Of a stretch of 64,000 bases of DNA, positions 60,007-64,000 are shown in pieces. Location of the stretch: NCBI GenBank assembly GCA_963790205.1, contig CAWBNQ010000002.1:96001-160000 (forward strand). The letters run 5' to 3'. The notes under the pieces are model-generated. The model saw nothing but the letters and a program-made list of their open reading frames with translations, ran no database searches and had not been told where the DNA came from. Every line of letters begins with the position of its first letter. The first letter of the stretch is position 1. This stretch comes from Nitrospirota bacterium. Lineage in GTDB: Bacteria; Nitrospirota; UBA9217. The translations under genes were made by a program, and so were the position numbers.

Positions 60007-60248
60007 GAAAACCGAAGCCGGCAGGTATGGCGCTCAGGGGTTGCCGTCAGGAAACGGCGCTGTTCGCCATATCTTCCGGCCTTCCTTGTACGTCATGAGG
60101 CCGGAAAGTTAAGAAATTGTGAAGTTGGAAGAAATTTTTACCTGTGCCATCTTCCATCTTTTTGCCTTCCCATAATTCTAAGCGCCTTCCCGCGGCCGGC
60201 GGGAGCGAAGAAGACCTGTTATCACGGCAGCATTCATGCGGCACGCTT

Positions 60249-61298
60249 ATGGCGACCAACAAGCCTTTTGAATTTTTTATCCAGTGGCATCTTACCGAAC
60301 GCTGCAACCTCCGGTGCAGACATTGCTACCAGGGCGAACGGAGCGCGGACGAGATGCCGCTCCCGGCAATACGAAACGTCATCATCGAAGTGTCGGATAT
60401 GGTCAAAGACTGGTCGGAATCCTACGGCGTCTCTTTTTCTCCAAGCATGAACGTTACCGGAGGAGAACCGTTCCTGAGAAACGACCTTCTCGAAATCCTC
60501 GGCGAAATCAAAAAGCAGGGATTTAAAATTTACCTTCTCACGAACGGCACTCTCGTGGACAAAAAGAGGGCCCGCATGCTCGCGGACCTCGGCGTGGACG
60601 GGGTCCAGGTGAGCATGGAAGGACCGGAGGATGTGCATGATGCCATCCGCGGCGCCGGCAGTTATTCCGCGTCCGCAGCCGGCGTTGAGCAGCTGGTAGA
60701 TGCCGGGATCGCGGTGACCCTGAATGTCACCGTCTCGAATATCAATGCGGGACAGGTGAACAGGATCATCACCTTCGCTTCCCATGCCGGAGTGAAGCGG
60801 GTGGGTTTTTCGCGACTGGTGCCTGCCGGCAGAGGGCGGGCGCTGCTGTCGCACATGCTCACCCGGGCGCAGGTCAAAGAACTCTACGAGGAGCTTCTTT
60901 CTCTGGAGCTCAAAGGCCTCGATGTTGTCACGGGCGATCCCGTGGCTGCGCAAATGAAAATGAAGGCCAAGAGGGATGCGGGAAGTACGGCAATCAGCGG
61001 CTGTGCCGCGGGTGTTTCGGGGTTGACGATACAGCCGAACGGCAACGTCACCCCCTGCAGGCGGTTGCCCCTTTCTCTCGGCAATGTACGGAGGGATTCT
61101 CTGCGTGAGATATGGGCCGCATCGCCCGTGCTTGAAGCGCTTCGGGACAGGAACAAATACAAGGGAAAATGCGGCGCCTGCACCCGGTGGGCGCGGTGCA
61201 GAGGCTGCAGGGCCATTGCCTACGCCTGGTCCCGTTCAAAGGGAGCTGACGATTTCCTTGCCGACGATCCGCAGTGTTTTATTGAGACAACAGCCTGA
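60249..61298 (+). CDS. Radical SAM/SPASM domain protein (candidate peptide maturase)
   Basis: CNLRCRHC and TGGEP; SPASM motif CAAG...PC...CGAC....CRGCRA...DPQC. Confidence 0.92.
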   Translation: MATNKPFEFFIQWHLTERCNLRCRHCYQGERSADEMPLPAIRNVIIEVSDMVKDWSESYGVSFSPSMNVTGGEPFLRNDLLEILGEIKKQGFKIYLLTNGTLVDKKRARMLADLGVDGVQVSMEGPEDVHDAIRGAGSYSASAAGVEQLVDAGIAVTLNVTVSNINAGQVNRIITFASHAGVKRVGFSRLVPAGRGRALLSHMLTRAQVKELYEELLSLELKGLDVVTGDPVAAQMKMKAKRDAGSTAISGCAAGVSGLTIQPNGNVTPCRRLPLSLGNVRRDSLREIWAASPVLEALRDRNKYKGKCGACTRWARCRGCRAIAYAWSRSKGADDFLADDPQCFIETTA

Positions 61299-61314
61299 AG
61301 CCGAGGAGGTGACC

Positions 61315-61824
61315 ATGGATGCACTGACCGCGATTTTTTCACGAAGAAGTGTGCGGATCTATACGACGAAGCCGGTGCCCCACGACACGGTGACCGACCT
61401 CGTGCGGGCCGCCATGTATGCGCCCTCGGCCGGGAATGAGCGGCCCTGGCACTTTATCGTCCTCACGGACCGCGCGCTCCTCGACGAGATCCCGAAGTTT
61501 CATCCCTATGCCGCCATGCTGAAGCACGCGTCCACGGCCGTTCTCGTCTGCGGCGACGTTTCCCTCGAGAAACACAAGGGCTACTGGGTGCTCGACTGCG
61601 CCGCAGCCACACAGACCCTGCTGCTCGCGGCGCATTCCAAAGGGCTGGGCGCAGTCTGGTGCGGCGTCTATCCCACCGAAGACCGCGTGGAGAACCTTCG
61701 GAAACTGCTGGAGTTGCCTGAGCACGTGGTCCCCTTTTCTCTCATCCCCCTCGGCTTTCCCGCCGAGGAAAAAACGCCGGTGGAGCGATTCGACGCGTCG
61801 AGAATTCATGACAACCGGTGGTAA
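61315..61824 (+). CDS. Nitroreductase family protein
   Basis: RRSVR, APSAGN.RPW.F and GLGAVWCG motifs; GAGGAGG RBS, 16 bp after the radical SAM stop. Confidence 0.93.
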   Translation: MDALTAIFSRRSVRIYTTKPVPHDTVTDLVRAAMYAPSAGNERPWHFIVLTDRALLDEIPKFHPYAAMLKHASTAVLVCGDVSLEKHKGYWVLDCAAATQTLLLAAHSKGLGAVWCGVYPTEDRVENLRKLLELPEHVVPFSLIPLGFPAEEKTPVERFDASRIHDNRW

Positions 61825-61958
61825 ATCGATCATGCGGCGGCCCGACGACATTGTGAAAAGCGAGTCATTCCTGCCCTTCAATAATTAATTCCGCGAACAT
61901 CGTCTTTTATTGTCGAGGAAAAGGCCTGCACGCAGGGGACTGCGAGGATCCTTTCCCG

Positions 61959-61987
61959 TTGACAAGATTTTGGTTGTATGCTATCCT
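61959..61987 (+). promoter_or_regulatory. Putative sigma-70 promoter of pal
   Basis: TTGACA-N17-TATCCT with an extended TGn. Confidence 0.55.
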
Positions 61988-62091
61988 TATTTTCAGAATT
62001 AAAGAAGCGTTGTGTCCCGATTTCATGTCTGATTTTTCACATCGGCAACATTTTTTTTAACAAAACAACAACTAATACGAGGAGGCCCACC

Positions 62092-62646
62092 ATGAAGATC
62101 AGGAGTTCATTATTGCTCGTAATTATTATTGTTTCCATCAGTATGCTTGCTCTTTGGGGATGTCCCAAAAAAGCAGAGGTGACCGCGACGCCGGAGGCGC
62201 AGAAGGAAGTGACGCCGGCAGCCCAAGAAGAGCAGAAGGCGGAGCAGAAGCCGGAAGCCGCAGTGACGGAAGAGGCGAAGCCAGAGGTAAAGGAGGAGAC
62301 CACTGCCGCAGGGGCCGCGGGACTCCAGCCGATCTATTTCGACTTCGACCGGTCCTTTATCCGGGACGACGCCAGGCCTGTCATGAAGGCGAATGCCGAG
62401 TGGCTCAAGGCCAACCCCAAGGTAAAGATCAAGATCGAAGGAAATTGTGACGAACGCGGCACCAAGGAGTACAACCAGGCGCTGGGACAGCGTCGCGCTT
62501 CGAGTGCAAAAAAGTATCTTACCGACCTCGGCATAGCGGCCAAGCGCATCTCCCTTATCAGCTACGGCAAGGAAAAGCCGGTTTGTACCGAGCACAACGA
62601 GGAATGCTGGCAGAAAAACAGAAGGGATGACCTTGTAGCCGAGTAG
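62092..62646 (+). CDS. pal: Peptidoglycan-associated lipoprotein Pal
   Basis: Lipobox LWGC; IYFDFD, EGNCDERGT.EYN.ALG.RRA, SYGKEKP and NRR motifs. Confidence 0.96.
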   Translation: MKIRSSLLLVIIIVSISMLALWGCPKKAEVTATPEAQKEVTPAAQEEQKAEQKPEAAVTEEAKPEVKEETTAAGAAGLQPIYFDFDRSFIRDDARPVMKANAEWLKANPKVKIKIEGNCDERGTKEYNQALGQRRASSAKKYLTDLGIAAKRISLISYGKEKPVCTEHNEECWQKNRRDDLVAE

Positions 62647-62711
62647 GACATCGCGCACACGGCGCGGGGCAAGGAAAAGCCTGCCCTGCGCCGTTCCCCC
62701 CAACAACCATT

Positions 62712-63557
62712 ATGAAGAAGATAAAACTCTCTCTTATCGTCGGTCTTATCCTGCTGTTTTCCGCCTGCGCACCGCAGGCCGCGCTCGTAAAGACCAGGTC
62801 CGAGCTGTCGGACCTGCGCGAGGACACGAAGGAGAACAAGGCCCGCAACGAGGACATACAGAAGCGTCTTTACCTGCTCGAAGCGAATGTCAAGGGCACG
62901 GTCGACGTGCAGAAGGTCATGGCCGATTACGGCGCAAAAACGGACCAGCTCGCCACGGACATCCAACTGCTTCAGGGAAAGCTCGAGGAAAACAACTTCC
63001 GCATCGCCGATCTCGCGCAGAAGCTGGATGATAAGAGCTTCAAAATCACGGAATTGTCGGCACGGGTCGACGAACTCAATGCCAAGATAAAAGCGCTCGC
63101 CGGGGGGCAGGGACTCTCCTCGGGTCCGAGCGGGACCTCGGCAGAGAAGGACAAAAAATCCGCGCCCAAGGAGGTGGAGCCGTCCGAAGCCTACCGCCTG
63201 GCCATGAACGATTACAACAGCGGCAATTTCGATCTGGCCCTTGCCGGGTTCCAGAACTACCTCGTTCAGTTCCCCAATACCAGCCAGGCGTCCAGCGCCC
63301 AGTACTGGGTGGGTCAATGTTACTACGCCAAGAAAGACTTCACCAAGGCCGTCGATTCCTTTATCAAATTCATAAAGACCTACCCCAAAAGCGAAAAGGT
63401 CCCCGGTGCGGCGCTTAAGATCGGCTACTCCTACCTGAGTGAAAATAATAATGCAAAGGCCAAGGTATGGCTGAACAGGGTTGTTAAGGAGTATCCCGGT
63501 ACCGACGAGGCCGAGCATGCAAAAGCCAAGCTGCGCAAGATGGGGAAAAGTAAGTGA
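62712..63557 (+). CDS. cpoB: Tol-Pal system TPR protein CpoB/YbgF
   Basis: Signal peptide, coiled coil and TPR (AQYWVGQCYY, YP.S.K.P.A.LKIG); follows pal. Confidence 0.9.
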   Translation: MKKIKLSLIVGLILLFSACAPQAALVKTRSELSDLREDTKENKARNEDIQKRLYLLEANVKGTVDVQKVMADYGAKTDQLATDIQLLQGKLEENNFRIADLAQKLDDKSFKITELSARVDELNAKIKALAGGQGLSSGPSGTSAEKDKKSAPKEVEPSEAYRLAMNDYNSGNFDLALAGFQNYLVQFPNTSQASSAQYWVGQCYYAKKDFTKAVDSFIKFIKTYPKSEKVPGAALKIGYSYLSENNNAKAKVWLNRVVKEYPGTDEAEHAKAKLRKMGKSK

Positions 63558-63692
63558 CCTTTCTGCGGGCCCCGCATAACGTCCTTTCTCTTGAAACGTA
63601 GGGTGAAATTCCCCATCCGTCCCTGTCACCTGCGTCACCAGCTCTTCCCCAAAAGTATCCCCCTATTGCCCTGATGTCGCCGGAGGTTAAGC

Positions 63693-64000
63693 ATGAATTC
63701 AATAAAATCCGGAAACAGTACGTTAAGCGAAAGCCTCCATGTCGCGAAGGGACTGGGGATCGTTCTCGTCGTACTGGGCCATATCGACATGCCGGATATC
63801 CAGCCTCGCGTCTGGACCCTGGCCCGCGAGGTCATATATACATTTCATATGCCGCTTTTTATGGTCGTATCGGGTGTCCTTTTTGCGATGACGCAGAAGC
63901 CTCTTCTCTCCTGGCGCGGGTACGTCGCTTTTATCAGAAAGAAGGCGGGACGGCTGCTGTTGCCCTACATGAGCATAACGCTGATATTGTTGCTGCTGAA
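63693..64000 (+). CDS. Acyltransferase family 3 protein (partial, runs off the window)
   Basis: Manual translation: AKGLGIVLVVLGH...IYTFHMPLFMVVSG...KKAGRLLLPY; GGAGG RBS. Confidence 0.85.
   Translation, partial: MNSIKSGNSTLSESLHVAKGLGIVLVVLGHIDMPDIQPRVWTLAREVIYTFHMPLFMVVSGVLFAMTQKPLLSWRGYVAFIRKKAGRLLLPYMSITLILLLL

Noticed and set aside
60017..60080. SRP (4.5S) RNA or tRNA-Sec
   Set aside because: Lacks the SRP TCAGG-N-GGAA-N-AGCAG core arrangement and has no cloverleaf or T-loop.

Overview
GC-rich chromosomal window from an anaerobic diderm bacterium; gene content suggests Nitrospirota (Thermodesulfovibrionia-like) or Desulfobacterota, which is an inference. In order it holds: a pentapeptide-repeat protein, tRNA/rRNA modification enzymes and a giant acyl-CoA dehydratase-activase fusion; glgC; a NuoE/NuoF/FeS/NuoG-like (HydABC/Bfu-type) flavin-FeS module followed by a Ni-CO dehydrogenase with a 1-bp frameshift; pilMNOPQ with a frameshift in pilN; dnaJ-hspR-clpB with a HAIR-like operator; a GAF-GGDEF cyclase, trxB and two moeA genes; and tolQRAB. 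A ~22 kb block then separates tolB from pal-cpoB. It carries an 11-PAS histidine kinase with a NarL-type regulator, two paralogous receiver + RpoS-like sigma modules around a sigma-54 activator, an oxidative pentose phosphate operon, and a radical SAM/SPASM locus. Top candidate for a new system: an unannotated 40-codon ORF (59868-59990) ending in C-R-K-TGA-K-G-TGA-K-S-TAA, followed immediately by an fdhF-like SECIS hairpin and then a radical SAM/SPASM gene and a nitroreductase. This is a putative di-selenocysteine (CxxUxxU) RiPP system. No rRNA, tRNA or CRISPR array was seen.
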